DNA of 64,000 bases from Pseudomonadota bacterium (GCA_043820105.1 JBDREC010000012.1:1-64000); one strand, 5' to 3'. Shown: positions 28,514-39,334, counted from the first letter of the stretch. The notes: generated from the letters alone by a model not told the origin. Program-made: numbers and translations.

Positions 28514-30826
28514 ATGACTATGAAACAAATATTGGGAGCGATTCTTGTTTTAGTCATCTTTTCAGGCTGTGATGCTATGAAGAAATTTGATGAGATGAAT
28601 AAAAGTGTTAAAGATATGAACAAGAAAATGACTGAGCTTAATGATATTGCTAAAAAAGCTGAACCACTTATTGATAAGGGAAATCAGCTAATTGATACCC
28701 TCATTCAAACCCAGGCTGTTGAAAAACTTGCAAAGTTTGCTGATATCTTAGATGCAAACGATACAGTTGAAATATTAGCCAAATTTGCAAAATTATTAGA
28801 AGAACATCAAACTGTTGAAAAGGCCGCTAAAGCAGTTGACATATTGGATGAACGGGATTTAGTAAACAAAGCAGCTGATCTTCTTGATCACCTTATCAAT
28901 TCAAAACTTCTTGAAAAAGCTGAAACCCTGCTTGACGAACTAGTTGAAAGAGATCTTTTGCGAAAAGCTGGAGAACTTATTGATGACGTTTATAAAAACG
29001 ATTTGCTCAAAAAAGCTGTAGCACTTATTGATGAAATTACAAACAAAGCCTTACTAACAAAAGCTTCAGGAATGCTGGATCAAATGATTGCTGAAGACCT
29101 TTTAGGTAAAGCCGTTGACCTTATGAACATTCTTGACTCTGAAGATGTTGTTAAAAAAGCTGCTGCTGCCTTAAATCAAATTTCAGATAAAGAACTTCTT
29201 GAAAAAGTTACAAAGATGATTGAAGAAATCCTTGACAGAAAGCTATTAACCAATGCTGCTGATTTACTTGATGATGCAAAGGATAAGGAAATCCTTGCAA
29301 ATGCTGACAAGGTCTTAAGGGAAGTAATTGACACAAAACTTATAGCTGATGCTGATCAGGTTTTAAATGAAGTTATTGAAACTGACTTAATAGCTGACGC
29401 TGATGATGCTCTGGAAATCTTGAATCCATGGCTAGACCAGGCAAAGCAAGCTGACCTAATGACAAAACTTATAAGCATTGTGGAAAACGCAGATCCACTA
29501 CTGGCTGAATTAAAAGAAATGGGTGTTGATGCACTTTTAAATAGACTTGATAAACTGCTGGATGATGCTGTAAAACTACTTGATAAAGCAGACCCAATGC
29601 TGGATCAGATTGATAAAATGATTGAACCTTTATCAGATCTTATTGATGCACTCATTGATCCTAATGGCAATCTGGATTTTGATAGATTCTTTAATGAAAT
29701 GTTTGATTCCATGGAAGGCACAAAAGTTGGAGCTGTTATTCAAATGGCTTATGATACTTTTAAATTAGACATCGTTAATTCTGTTGGTGAATCGTACACC
29801 AGCGGAAATCCTTATGACAGATATCGGGCAATTGGTACAATTGTTGGATATGGAACCCTGGATCCCCTTATCACTGCCTATACAGGAATTGATGGAGATA
29901 TCTGGAAATTCAGGCCTTTAACTTATGAAAAAGTGCATCTGGAAGGACCTATTGCCGGAAAAACAGGAGAAGATGCCTTTAAGATGTATTATCTGTCTTA
30001 TAATCCTGTTGATATCGCTCAAATTGATCCAGCTATGTTACCTAACTATCTTGTAAATCAACCAATGAGAAGAAGATGGGATGTAGCCATTGAATGGACC
30101 TTTGGAGCAACCGGAGTTATCAAAGATTTTATGAATAAAGATGAATACATGAACAAGGTTCCAAAAATCAAAGCAGAAGCTATATTTAATGCAGGTGTTG
30201 TTTCCTTTTTCATGCTTAACAAGATGGCAGAAAGACCGGATTTTTATCATAAAATGACCAAGATGTCACAGGATTTTGGCAGAAATATAAGCACCTGGTG
30301 GCCATATAACAATCTGAGAATGGTTGGTGATGAATATGATAGCTTCTGCATGGTTGAATGGTACGGTCCCAGGATGATTTGTGATTATAAACAGCTTTTA
30401 AGAAATCTTCGCGAGCAAAATGATTATTACAGGCAAAAGGAAAAAGAAGATCAGGAAGCAGATCCAGATGCACCTAATCAGTCTCTACTAGTTACAGATG
30501 AAACTCTTGATGAACTAGATTTTCTTGCTGACCAATTGGTGGTATCACTTAAACGCTGGCTTACTCTTAGAGGATACGGCCCTTATGCAAGCAAAAAAGC
30601 AAGAAAGCTCTTAATAAAAGAAGACAGATGGAGAGATCCGGAAACAGGCGAGCTACACAAAAGAAGAGCTGATGAAGACCCGGATGTTGGCTGGTCTTAT
30701 GTTTATGATCCAGGTTGGTCAAACCATGTCAACAATTGTGACCCTGGTGATTTCGATGATTATGTGCTTTACGATACTGATCATTTTTATTCCTATACCA
30801 GAAGCCCAAAAAAGAAAATGCCTTAA
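28514..30826 (+). CDS. Lipoprotein with about 16 tandem 16-aa helical repeats and an unknown C-terminal domain
   Basis: Lipobox FSG|C; repeats such as LVNKAADLLDHLINSK / LLEKAETLLDELVERD. Confidence 0.88.
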   Translation: MTMKQILGAILVLVIFSGCDAMKKFDEMNKSVKDMNKKMTELNDIAKKAEPLIDKGNQLIDTLIQTQAVEKLAKFADILDANDTVEILAKFAKLLEEHQTVEKAAKAVDILDERDLVNKAADLLDHLINSKLLEKAETLLDELVERDLLRKAGELIDDVYKNDLLKKAVALIDEITNKALLTKASGMLDQMIAEDLLGKAVDLMNILDSEDVVKKAAAALNQISDKELLEKVTKMIEEILDRKLLTNAADLLDDAKDKEILANADKVLREVIDTKLIADADQVLNEVIETDLIADADDALEILNPWLDQAKQADLMTKLISIVENADPLLAELKEMGVDALLNRLDKLLDDAVKLLDKADPMLDQIDKMIEPLSDLIDALIDPNGNLDFDRFFNEMFDSMEGTKVGAVIQMAYDTFKLDIVNSVGESYTSGNPYDRYRAIGTIVGYGTLDPLITAYTGIDGDIWKFRPLTYEKVHLEGPIAGKTGEDAFKMYYLSYNPVDIAQIDPAMLPNYLVNQPMRRRWDVAIEWTFGATGVIKDFMNKDEYMNKVPKIKAEAIFNAGVVSFFMLNKMAERPDFYHKMTKMSQDFGRNISTWWPYNNLRMVGDEYDSFCMVEWYGPRMICDYKQLLRNLREQNDYYRQKEKEDQEADPDAPNQSLLVTDETLDELDFLADQLVVSLKRWLTLRGYGPYASKKARKLLIKEDRWRDPETGELHKRRADEDPDVGWSYVYDPGWSNHVNNCDPGDFDDYVLYDTDHFYSYTRSPKKKMP

Positions 30827-30895
30827 AAAAAACTTGTCTTTTAATATCATTAATGCTTCAACATTCATCTTGTTTAATTTCATGGAGTCTTTTAA

Positions 30896-32332
30896 ATGGA
30901 AAATGAAAACACAGTAAAAAAATCAAATTTTGCTGACATGGTTTTGGATTATTTCAAGGGATTTAAGGTTTTAAAAGATACAGGCAGAGAATACTGGGGT
31001 ATTCAAATCATCAACTTCCTAGATTGCACTGCTTATTTTGCTATGCTTTCTATTTCTTCTATCTTTTTATCAGAAGAAATCGGAATGGATGATAAAGCAG
31101 CAGGTTATGCTATTACAGTTTTTACAACAGCAACTACTTTATTTTTATTTATAAGTGGAACCGTTACAGACTGGTTGGGAATTCGAAAATCACTGTATCT
31201 AACAATGATTGGAAACTTCATTACAAGGCTAGCTGTAGTTTTACTTGCAATGGGTCCAGCTTTTGAAGGAAGAGGCTTTGCTGTAACAATCGCCCTATTA
31301 TTGCAAGCACCATTTATGGCAGGAATTCAAACTATTTTTCAAACTTCCAATAAAAGATATACCAGCAAAAAATCAAGGTCAGCTGGCTTTAGCCTTTGGT
31401 ATCTTTTCATGAATGTTGGAGCCGCAGCTGGTGGTTTTTCAATTGATATTATAAGAAAAGGTCTAGGCCTTGCCAATACTCATATATATACTATGTCAGC
31501 AGGTCTTGCTATTATATGTCTAATACTCGGTTTAATTATGATTAGAACAAATGAAGCATATGAAAAAGAAGAAGAAACTGAATTAGAAAAAGAAAAAGCA
31601 AAGGAAAAGAAAAATCCTTGGCAAATAGCTAAAGAAGTTATTACTCACAGAGTTTTTTGGAGATTTGTAATAATTATTTCCCTACTCTTAGGTGTTAGAG
31701 CAGTATTTTCCTATATGTACCTCCTCTTCCCAAAATTCTGGTTAAGAATAATTGGTGAAAATGCTTCAATTGGCTTTTATCAGGGATTAAATCCCATACT
31801 CATCATTATTGGTTTAATTTTATTTATCCCATTTGCCAATAGATATAACGTATTTAAAATGCTTGTTTTTGGTGCAATGATTTCAAGTGCTTGCTTATTT
31901 GTCATTGCAATTCCATATTCCTGGCTGGGAATGAGCTTGCCAAGCGCTACACACCTGCTTGTAATAATATCAATTATTGTTTTATCAATAGGTGAAATTA
32001 TTTGGTCACCTAAATACTATGAATTTGTTGGGGCTATTGCTCCAAAAGGTCAAGAAGGAACCTATCTTGGTTTTTCTCAAATCCCATGGTTTGGAGCTAA
32101 AACAGTTGTCAGCTTTTTTTCAGGTCATATGCTCATTAAGTGGTGTCCAGAAGGAATTGCTGAAAAAATCGTTAATAATGAAGTTTCCTTCTGGAATACT
32201 CCTAATGCAATGTGGTTAATTCTTGGTACAATTGCAATAGTCGGTGTTTTAGCTTGCCTTGTTTTTAAGGGCTGGCTAACTAGAGGGGTTGACTATGAGG
32301 CTAAGGAGCCTAAGAAAGAAGCTGAAGTTTAA
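30896..32332 (+). CDS. MFS transporter (POT/peptide-like)
   Basis: Motif A GTVTDWLGIRK; GFSLWYLFMNVGA; GEIIWSP...APKGQEGTYLG; about 12 TM segments. Confidence 0.9.
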   Translation: MENENTVKKSNFADMVLDYFKGFKVLKDTGREYWGIQIINFLDCTAYFAMLSISSIFLSEEIGMDDKAAGYAITVFTTATTLFLFISGTVTDWLGIRKSLYLTMIGNFITRLAVVLLAMGPAFEGRGFAVTIALLLQAPFMAGIQTIFQTSNKRYTSKKSRSAGFSLWYLFMNVGAAAGGFSIDIIRKGLGLANTHIYTMSAGLAIICLILGLIMIRTNEAYEKEEETELEKEKAKEKKNPWQIAKEVITHRVFWRFVIIISLLLGVRAVFSYMYLLFPKFWLRIIGENASIGFYQGLNPILIIIGLILFIPFANRYNVFKMLVFGAMISSACLFVIAIPYSWLGMSLPSATHLLVIISIIVLSIGEIIWSPKYYEFVGAIAPKGQEGTYLGFSQIPWFGAKTVVSFFSGHMLIKWCPEGIAEKIVNNEVSFWNTPNAMWLILGTIAIVGVLACLVFKGWLTRGVDYEAKEPKKEAEV

Positions 32333-32501
32333 GTACTTGTGTTTATTTTAAAATAATCAATAATCAACAATTAATAATTAACAATTAATGAATATAGTTG
32401 ACACTACTCACTGTCTATCGTATTAAACCTGGCTAAATTATTGTATAAATATATTATTTTTCAGGTTTTTTTAAATCTAGACAATTTTACAGGAGAAAAA
32501 A

Positions 32502-34577
32502 ATGAAATATGATACCACTCAAATTAGAAACATAGGAGTCTATGGCCATTCCGGCGCTGGTAAAACTTCCTTACTCGAAGGCATGCTCTATAAGACAAAA
32601 GTTACTGATAGACTTGGAAGAATTGAAAATGGAAACACTTTTTTAGATTTCGAAGCTGAAGAACACAGTAAACAAATTTCACTATATACTACTTTTTGCC
32701 ATTTAGACTGGAATAAACACAAGATCAATTTCATTGATACTCCTGGTGACACAAACTTTGCAGCTGATGCACGCGGTTCAATGCTAGCAGCTGATGCTTG
32801 CTTAATAGTTGTTGATGCAATTGAAGGCATTAAGCTTCAATCAGAAAGAGCTTATGCACTAGCAAAAGAAATCGGCATTCCAGTTGCCTTTGTTATTAAT
32901 AAGCTTGATAAAGAACACTCTAATTTTGAAACCACTCTTGAAAATATTAATAATACATTCGGAATTCAAGCCACTCTAATGCAAATTCCAGTTGGAACAG
33001 AAGCAAACTTTAATGGTGTTGTAGATCTTTGGACACAAAAGGCTCATATATATAAAGACAAAGAAACTGCTGAATTTGATGCATGTGATGTTCCTGATGA
33101 TCTTAAAGATCAAGCAGGAAGCTTAAGAGAAAGCCTTATTGAAGGAATAGCAGAGTCTGATGATGATCTGCTTGAAAAATACTTAGAAGAAGGTGAATTA
33201 AATGAAGAAGAAGCCTTTACTTGCTTAAACAAAGGTATTTCATCAGGCAATATTCACCCTGTTTTTATTTGCTCTGCCTACACTAATATTGGAACAAATG
33301 AAATTTTAGATGCAATTGTTAATTATTTTCCTTCTCCTGTTGATAGAAAAATCATTGCAAAAGTAAAAGATTCTGAAGAAGAACTTGAAATAACTACAGC
33401 CTCAAATGAAACATGTGCCTTTGTTTTTAAAACAATTATGGACCCTTTTGCAGGAAGACTTACTTTAATTAGACTTTTTTCAGGCAAATTTGAAACAAAT
33501 GGCTCTCTTTACAATGTAACAAAAAATACAAATGAAAAGTTTGGAACCACCTTAAAAATTCAAGGAAAAAAACAGGAAGCTGCAAACGAAGTTGTTACAG
33601 GTGATATATTAGCACTTCCTAAACTAAAAGAATCTCAAACTGGCGATACTTTTACAAATGGAAAAAAACTCCTTGTTGCAGGAATTCCAAATCTTCCAGG
33701 CCTAATTAGTTATGTAATTAAACCTCAATCAAGAGCTGATGAAGACAAACTTCATTCAGCACTTGAAAAGATTCTAGAAGAAGATGGAACTTTAACAAAA
33801 TCAAGAGATGAACAAACTTCAGATCTTATGTTGACAGGCATGGGACAAGCTCACCTTGAGGTAACACTTAATAAAATGAAAAGAAAATTTGGAGTTACTG
33901 TAAACCTTGAACCACCCAAGGTTCCTTATAAAGAAACAATTAAAGGAAAAACTGAAGTTCAGGGAAAATATAAAAAGCAATCTGGTGGAAAAGGTCAATA
34001 TGGAGATACCTGGATTAAAATCGAACCAAATGTAGGCAAAGGTTTTGAATTTGTGGATGGTATTGTTGGTGGATCCATTCCAAAGACTTATATCCCTGCA
34101 GTTGAAAAAGGTATTGTTGAAGCAATGGCAAAAGGTGTTATAGCAGGATACCCAGTAATTGATATTAAAATCACCCTTTTTGATGGATCTTACCATGATG
34201 TTGACTCTTCTGAAATGTCTTTTAAAATTGCTGGTTCTATGGGTTTTAAAAAGGGCTTTGTTAATTGCAAACCTATCTTGCTAGAACCTATTATGAACAT
34301 GGAAATCACTGTCCCTGACGAAAATATGGGCGATGTAATGGGTGATATCAGCTCAAGACGCGGAAAAGTTGCCGGAATGGAAGCAAAAGGCTCAAACCAG
34401 GTAATTAAAGCAGTAGTTCCAATGGTTGAAATTTTAACATATGTTAATGATCTTACTTCAATGACTTCTGGTAAAGGTTCCTACACTATGGAATTTTCAA
34501 ATTACGAAGAAGTTCCAACTCACTTATCCCAAAAAATTATTGATGAAAGAAAAGCTTCAGATGAAGAAGAAGACTAG
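32502..34577 (+). CDS. fusA: Elongation factor G paralog (stand-alone, EF-G2-like)
   Basis: GHSGAGKT, DTPG, NKLD, KKQSGGKGQYG, GSYHDVDSSEMSF; switch-I reads KQISL instead of RGITI; not in a ribosomal operon. Confidence 0.93.
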   Translation: MKYDTTQIRNIGVYGHSGAGKTSLLEGMLYKTKVTDRLGRIENGNTFLDFEAEEHSKQISLYTTFCHLDWNKHKINFIDTPGDTNFAADARGSMLAADACLIVVDAIEGIKLQSERAYALAKEIGIPVAFVINKLDKEHSNFETTLENINNTFGIQATLMQIPVGTEANFNGVVDLWTQKAHIYKDKETAEFDACDVPDDLKDQAGSLRESLIEGIAESDDDLLEKYLEEGELNEEEAFTCLNKGISSGNIHPVFICSAYTNIGTNEILDAIVNYFPSPVDRKIIAKVKDSEEELEITTASNETCAFVFKTIMDPFAGRLTLIRLFSGKFETNGSLYNVTKNTNEKFGTTLKIQGKKQEAANEVVTGDILALPKLKESQTGDTFTNGKKLLVAGIPNLPGLISYVIKPQSRADEDKLHSALEKILEEDGTLTKSRDEQTSDLMLTGMGQAHLEVTLNKMKRKFGVTVNLEPPKVPYKETIKGKTEVQGKYKKQSGGKGQYGDTWIKIEPNVGKGFEFVDGIVGGSIPKTYIPAVEKGIVEAMAKGVIAGYPVIDIKITLFDGSYHDVDSSEMSFKIAGSMGFKKGFVNCKPILLEPIMNMEITVPDENMGDVMGDISSRRGKVAGMEAKGSNQVIKAVVPMVEILTYVNDLTSMTSGKGSYTMEFSNYEEVPTHLSQKIIDERKASDEEED

Positions 34578-36658
34578 TCAATAAAATCTTTAAAATTATC
34601 ACTTAATTTCTTTTTATTACTTTCTTTATTATGATCTTTTCTGGGAATTTTATTCATATTAGATTTTACATTATTAATTTTATCTAATATTTTTTCTCTT
34701 TCTTTAGCAAATTTCTCTAAGGCTTGGGAATCTTCATCTATATTTGGATTGATATTAACAGCCTGTCTGTTAGGTTTGTATCCATAAGAAGGTCTGGAAT
34801 ATTTGTTTTTCCTGACTCTGGAATCTTCTAGCATTTCATTAATATTTTTTTCAAGCTCATCTTCAACAGAGAAGTCCTCATCTGAGGCCTGTTCAAACGG
34901 TGAATAAGCATTTATCTTACTTGAAGCAGATAGACCTAAAGACATATAATCAACGTTTTCCTTACCCTTTAATAAATCTGCCAGTACATTTCTGAAATTA
35001 GCAATCATCAAAGTATACTTTCTTTCTTTGTCAGAACAATGCTTTAACTCAAGTGAAATTCTATCAGTTTTTCTCCCAAGTTCTTCTTTGCTTATTTTTA
35101 GCTTTTCATATTTTGCTAGCATATCTTCATAACGATTATCATATTCTCTAATTTTTTCATTTATTGTAGAAAATTCATTGTCTCTTGATTGAATCTCATC
35201 CACCAGGTTTTCATTTTCACGTCTTAATTCATCAAAGGTTTTTTCAATGTTATAATATCTATTTGTTATTTCACTTTTTTCATATAAAAGCTCTTCAAGT
35301 CTTTCTGTTGTTGATTTTTTCAGTTCTTCAACAACCTGATTTAAATTTTCATTTTCATTTTCAAGTGATTCATATTTTATTTTCAATGAATCTTTTTCTT
35401 TTCTTAATTTATTTCTATCCTCAAGAATAGTATCAAACTTTAATTTTGAAGCTTGAAGAATTGTAAGCTCTTCTTGAAGCATTTCATTGGTCTTAAGTAA
35501 TTTATTTCTATCTTTTAAGGTATCATTTAATTCATCTTCTTTCTTATCAAGTTCATATTTTAATTTGGAAAGTCTGCCTTTTTCTTCATTAAGATCCATA
35601 ATTTCTTTTTGAAAATTCTCAAGTCTTTTTTCATCATCATCTTTTTCTTTATTAAGTGAAGAAATAAAATCTTTAAGAGCTTTAATTTCATTTCTATATT
35701 TATCTGTTTCAACTTCCATGTCAGATTGGAGATTTTTAATTTTCCGATTTCTTTGATCAAGAAGATCATTTTTTTCAACGACCTCTAGCTTTAATGACTG
35801 TATTTGTGATTCTAGACCAGTTAAGGATTTTTTGCTGTAATTTTCCTTGCTTTGAATAGTATCAAGCTCAATTTTATTTTGTTGCAGTTCATAAAGTATA
35901 TTATCATTTTCTTCTCTTAGCTTATCTAAATCCTTTTCAGCACGCCTTTTGTCTTCAATTGTATCTTGTAGTTTTTCCTGAAGTTTATTTTTTTCTATCA
36001 TTAAGCTATCAACACGTTCAGATTCTGAAGAAGCGTTAGGCAAACCTTTATCTTGAAGCACTTTGTCTAGCTCATCTTTAGTTTTAGCTATTTCTTTGCG
36101 CAGGCTTGCAAGCAACTGGCTATTTGCAGAATCTGCTTCATTAGAACTAAAATCAGTTTTACCTGAGTTTTGTTGTAATTCAAGCAATAATTCATTATTA
36201 TCTCTTCTAAGCCTATTGATTTCAGCTTCTAATTTTTGTATAGACTCAAATTGGGAATTAACAAAATCATCTGAATAATTTGTTCCAAGCAGAGTATCAA
36301 AAGCACTAACCAGCACCTTTTCTTTAACTGGTTTTTTTAAGTAAAGATCAGCTTTTGAACTAAGTGTCTTATGATTTTCAAAGGTTTTAAATGCGTCTTC
36401 CTTTGCACTTGATAAAACAACTTTTAATTCAGCTAAATCATCAGCCTCTCTTAAATATTTACAAACTAAAAACCCATTTATATCATCAAGCTCACTTGAA
36501 AGTAAAACAATCTCAGGTCTTTTGTCTTTAGCTAAAGCTACAACATCCCTTCCTTTGTCTGTAAAATGGGTGCTTAGGTTATACTTGCTTGCTACTTGTG
36601 AAACTTGATCTTTAAAATTTTGATCCTTATCTGCTACTATAATTGAAATTTGATCCAT
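34574..36658 (-). CDS. Pseudo-receiver plus long coiled-coil protein (FrzS-like)
   Basis: ATG at 36658 after GGAAGG; receiver without the phospho-Asp (IVLLSSEL); FENHKTLSSKADLYLKKP; about 430 aa of coiled coil. Confidence 0.8.
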   Translation of the reverse strand: MDQISIIVADKDQNFKDQVSQVASKYNLSTHFTDKGRDVVALAKDKRPEIVLLSSELDDINGFLVCKYLREADDLAELKVVLSSAKEDAFKTFENHKTLSSKADLYLKKPVKEKVLVSAFDTLLGTNYSDDFVNSQFESIQKLEAEINRLRRDNNELLLELQQNSGKTDFSSNEADSANSQLLASLRKEIAKTKDELDKVLQDKGLPNASSESERVDSLMIEKNKLQEKLQDTIEDKRRAEKDLDKLREENDNILYELQQNKIELDTIQSKENYSKKSLTGLESQIQSLKLEVVEKNDLLDQRNRKIKNLQSDMEVETDKYRNEIKALKDFISSLNKEKDDDEKRLENFQKEIMDLNEEKGRLSKLKYELDKKEDELNDTLKDRNKLLKTNEMLQEELTILQASKLKFDTILEDRNKLRKEKDSLKIKYESLENENENLNQVVEELKKSTTERLEELLYEKSEITNRYYNIEKTFDELRRENENLVDEIQSRDNEFSTINEKIREYDNRYEDMLAKYEKLKISKEELGRKTDRISLELKHCSDKERKYTLMIANFRNVLADLLKGKENVDYMSLGLSASSKINAYSPFEQASDEDFSVEDELEKNINEMLEDSRVRKNKYSRPSYGYKPNRQAVNINPNIDEDSQALEKFAKEREKILDKINNVKSNMNKIPRKDHNKESNKKKLSDNFKDFID

Positions 36659-36749
36659 TTTTCCTTCCAAAAATAAATTCAATTTTACATTGAAATAATT
36701 ATTTAAATAAATGATATTAATATTTAAATTAATAAATTGCAAATAATCA

Positions 36750-37187
36750 ATGAAAAACGAAGTAATAATTTATACAGATGGCTCATGCAGTGGCAACCCC
36801 GGACCAGGTGGATATGCTGCTATTTTGCTACAAGAAGCTAAAAAGCATGAAATTACAGGTGGTCAGAGGCTGACCACAAACAACAGAATGGAGCTAATAG
36901 CAGCTATTTCTGGGCTCATTATGTGTAGTGGAAAGTGTGAGATCATCTTACATTCTGATTCAAAATATCTTGTTGATGGCATTACTAAATGGCTTCCAAG
37001 CTGGAAAAAAAACAAATGGAGAAAATCAGATAAAAAAGAAATTGAAAATATTGACCTGTGGCAAATGCTTGATCTTTTAAATAATAAACTTAAAATTACG
37101 TGGCGTTGGGTAAAAGGACATGCAAACAATACTATGAATGAAAGAGCAGATTATTTGGCTAGGACTGAGATGGAAAAGTATTATTAG
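36750..37187 (+). CDS. rnhA: Ribonuclease HI
   Basis: YTDGSCSGNPGPGG, TTNNRMEL, SDSKY, WVKGH, NERAD. Confidence 0.97.
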   Translation: MKNEVIIYTDGSCSGNPGPGGYAAILLQEAKKHEITGGQRLTTNNRMELIAAISGLIMCSGKCEIILHSDSKYLVDGITKWLPSWKKNKWRKSDKKEIENIDLWQMLDLLNNKLKITWRWVKGHANNTMNERADYLARTEMEKYY

Positions 37188-37342
37188 TTGCTGGTAATAT
37201 AATTTAAAATTATAAAATAGTTATTATAAGTTTTTTCTTGTTCCCTTATTCCCTTGCGCTCTTGTTCCCTGAACAAGGTTTAAGAGGAATTAAAGACATA
37301 GATTAGTTAAGCTTTTATTAGTAATATTAGAAAGGTTTAATA

Positions 37343-38476
37343 ATGATCGATTTAAAAAAAGGACAAATTATTAAAACAATTTTTGCCATCATCATTTGTA
37401 TTAGCTTTATCTTTTCATGTTCAGCTAAACGTGAAATGGATGCACATGAAGTTATGCTAAAAAAGAAACAGAAAAATAATGCGATAATGACTTTGGATAA
37501 GTTTATTACACAAACGATTGCAGTTGTATCATCAAAATATTACAATGCAGACACTAATGAAGGCATTAAGATTGCAGTTCTTGATTTTAAAGATGCTGAA
37601 GAAAATATCACTATTTTAACCAAGGCAATTGCTGATTCAGCTAGAAATTTAATCTCTAAAAGAAGTCAGTTTGCTTTAACGAATGAAGAAACCTTAAATA
37701 AGGCAATTGAAAAATTCAATTTATATCAAGCTGACTTTAAAAATCTTGATCTTATCAAAGAAGCTGGAGATTATTTATCTGTTTTAGTCTTCATAACAGG
37801 CGAAGCTAAAAAAATGACTGTCGGCACAAAAGACATTTATAAAACAACCATTACTTGCATTGATGCCAAAACAGCAGAAACAATCCATAAGAGCTCAGCA
37901 ATTTTTACAACTGATAATTTAATTGCACAAACCAGTTTCGATAAAATTTCTGAAACAATCCTGGTTGAAAAAAAAGCACTTAAAAAAGGCTATTTAAGAA
38001 TTATTTACAAGGATGAAGACCCTCTTCAAAACATGCAACAAAGAACAGAACAGTTAATTACCAAGTTTGATTATTCTTATGAACAGTTCATTAGCCAAGA
38101 TGACAACCCTCATGACTTAATAGCCCAGGATCACAAATGCGCCATTGATGGCATAGCCTACACCCCCGATGAAGATGGTTTCTGCGCTTCAAAAGAAGTC
38201 AGCGAAGGAAATCACAGGGTAACCTTTTCCTATGTACTAAAACAAAAAATTGGTGAGATTTACAATGAAATTGGAACAGTTAAAAAGATGTATTCTGTAA
38301 GCATAAAAGATGGTGAAAAAATAAGCATCTTAGCAGAAAACAGACCCCAGGAGTCTCCTCCTTCAGTAACCCTAAAATCATGGAAAACCATGAAAATTAT
38401 AAGACCTGATAATACTTCATATTTAAACAAAGAAGAAATCACTTTGCGCGAGTATTCAGATGAAGGGGAATGGTAG
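37343..38476 (+). CDS. Lipoprotein with an N-terminal CsgG/FlgO-like domain
   Basis: Lipobox IFS|C; KIAVLDFKD followed by a helix-strand pattern typical of CsgG/FlgO/TolB-N. Confidence 0.65.
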   Translation: MIDLKKGQIIKTIFAIIICISFIFSCSAKREMDAHEVMLKKKQKNNAIMTLDKFITQTIAVVSSKYYNADTNEGIKIAVLDFKDAEENITILTKAIADSARNLISKRSQFALTNEETLNKAIEKFNLYQADFKNLDLIKEAGDYLSVLVFITGEAKKMTVGTKDIYKTTITCIDAKTAETIHKSSAIFTTDNLIAQTSFDKISETILVEKKALKKGYLRIIYKDEDPLQNMQQRTEQLITKFDYSYEQFISQDDNPHDLIAQDHKCAIDGIAYTPDEDGFCASKEVSEGNHRVTFSYVLKQKIGEIYNEIGTVKKMYSVSIKDGEKISILAENRPQESPPSVTLKSWKTMKIIRPDNTSYLNKEEITLREYSDEGEW

Positions 38477-38479
38477 GAA

Positions 38480-38584
38480 TAAGGGGTAAGTCGTAAGTGA
38501 TAAGTCGTAAGTGGTAAGTCGTAAGTGATAAGTCGTAAGTGATAAGTCGTAAGTGATAAGTCGTAAGGGGTAAGTCGTAAGTGA
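38480..38584 (+). repeat. 15 tandem heptamers (alternating TAAGTCG / TAAGTGA)
   Basis: Read directly; 14-bp super-period with no unique spacers. Confidence 0.95.
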
Positions 38585-38667
38585 GAGTCATCCTGAACTT
38601 GATACAGGATCTAAAGATTAATAATTATGATTAAGATTGGGATTATGATTAGGAGAAAGAAAAGAAA

Positions 38668-38973
38668 TTGAATCATTTAGATAACATTGATAATTTGATT
38701 AAAAATATTGTTTCTATTCTAACTTCCAATCTTGATACCTCAAAAATCTATTTATTTGGATCAAGGGCAAAAAATAAAAATGATTCAAATGCAGATTTTG
38801 ACTTTGCAATTGAAGCTTTAGAACCAGAGCTTTCACTATTAAGATATATTAGAGGGGAAATTGATAAAATAGCTGGTTTATATAAAGTTGATCTTGTTTT
38901 TCTTGAAAACTGTGATGAAGATTTTAAGAAGATAATTAAGGAAAGTGGAAAGGTAGTTTATGAACGAACTTGA
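38668..38973 (+). CDS. MNT antitoxin
   Basis: KIYLFGSRAK...ADFDFA...KVDLV. Confidence 0.9.
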   Translation: MNHLDNIDNLIKNIVSILTSNLDTSKIYLFGSRAKNKNDSNADFDFAIEALEPELSLLRYIRGEIDKIAGLYKVDLVFLENCDEDFKKIIKESGKVVYERT

Positions 38974-39334
38974 ATATTCCATTGAAAAATTTAAAAATGC
39001 CTTGGATCGACTAATTGAGGGAGTAAAATCATCAAAAGATGAGCTCGATAAAGATGGAGTTATACAAAGATTTGAGTTTACCTTTGAGCTTTTATTGAAA
39101 ACAGCTAAGATTTATTTGGAAGATAAGGGAATAAGAACTTTGACTCCAAAAGATGCCTTAAAAGAAGCCTTTCGCATTGGCCTAATCACTGACCAAGATG
39201 CATTTCTAAATATGCTAGATGACAGAAATAAAACTTCTCATATTTACAATCAGGCAACATCAGAAGAAATTTATCTAAGAATTAAAGAGCAATATATAGA
39301 TAAAATGTCTGATTTCTTGGATGAATTGGCTTAA
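38960..39334 (+). CDS. HEPN (HI0074-like) toxin
   Basis: DGVIQRFEFTFEL; RNKTSH. Confidence 0.92.
   Translation: MNELEYSIEKFKNALDRLIEGVKSSKDELDKDGVIQRFEFTFELLLKTAKIYLEDKGIRTLTPKDALKEAFRIGLITDQDAFLNMLDDRNKTSHIYNQATSEEIYLRIKEQYIDKMSDFLDELA

Noticed and set aside
38480-38584. Possible CRISPR array
   Set aside because: Contiguous 7/14-bp units with no unique spacers, and no cas genes in the window
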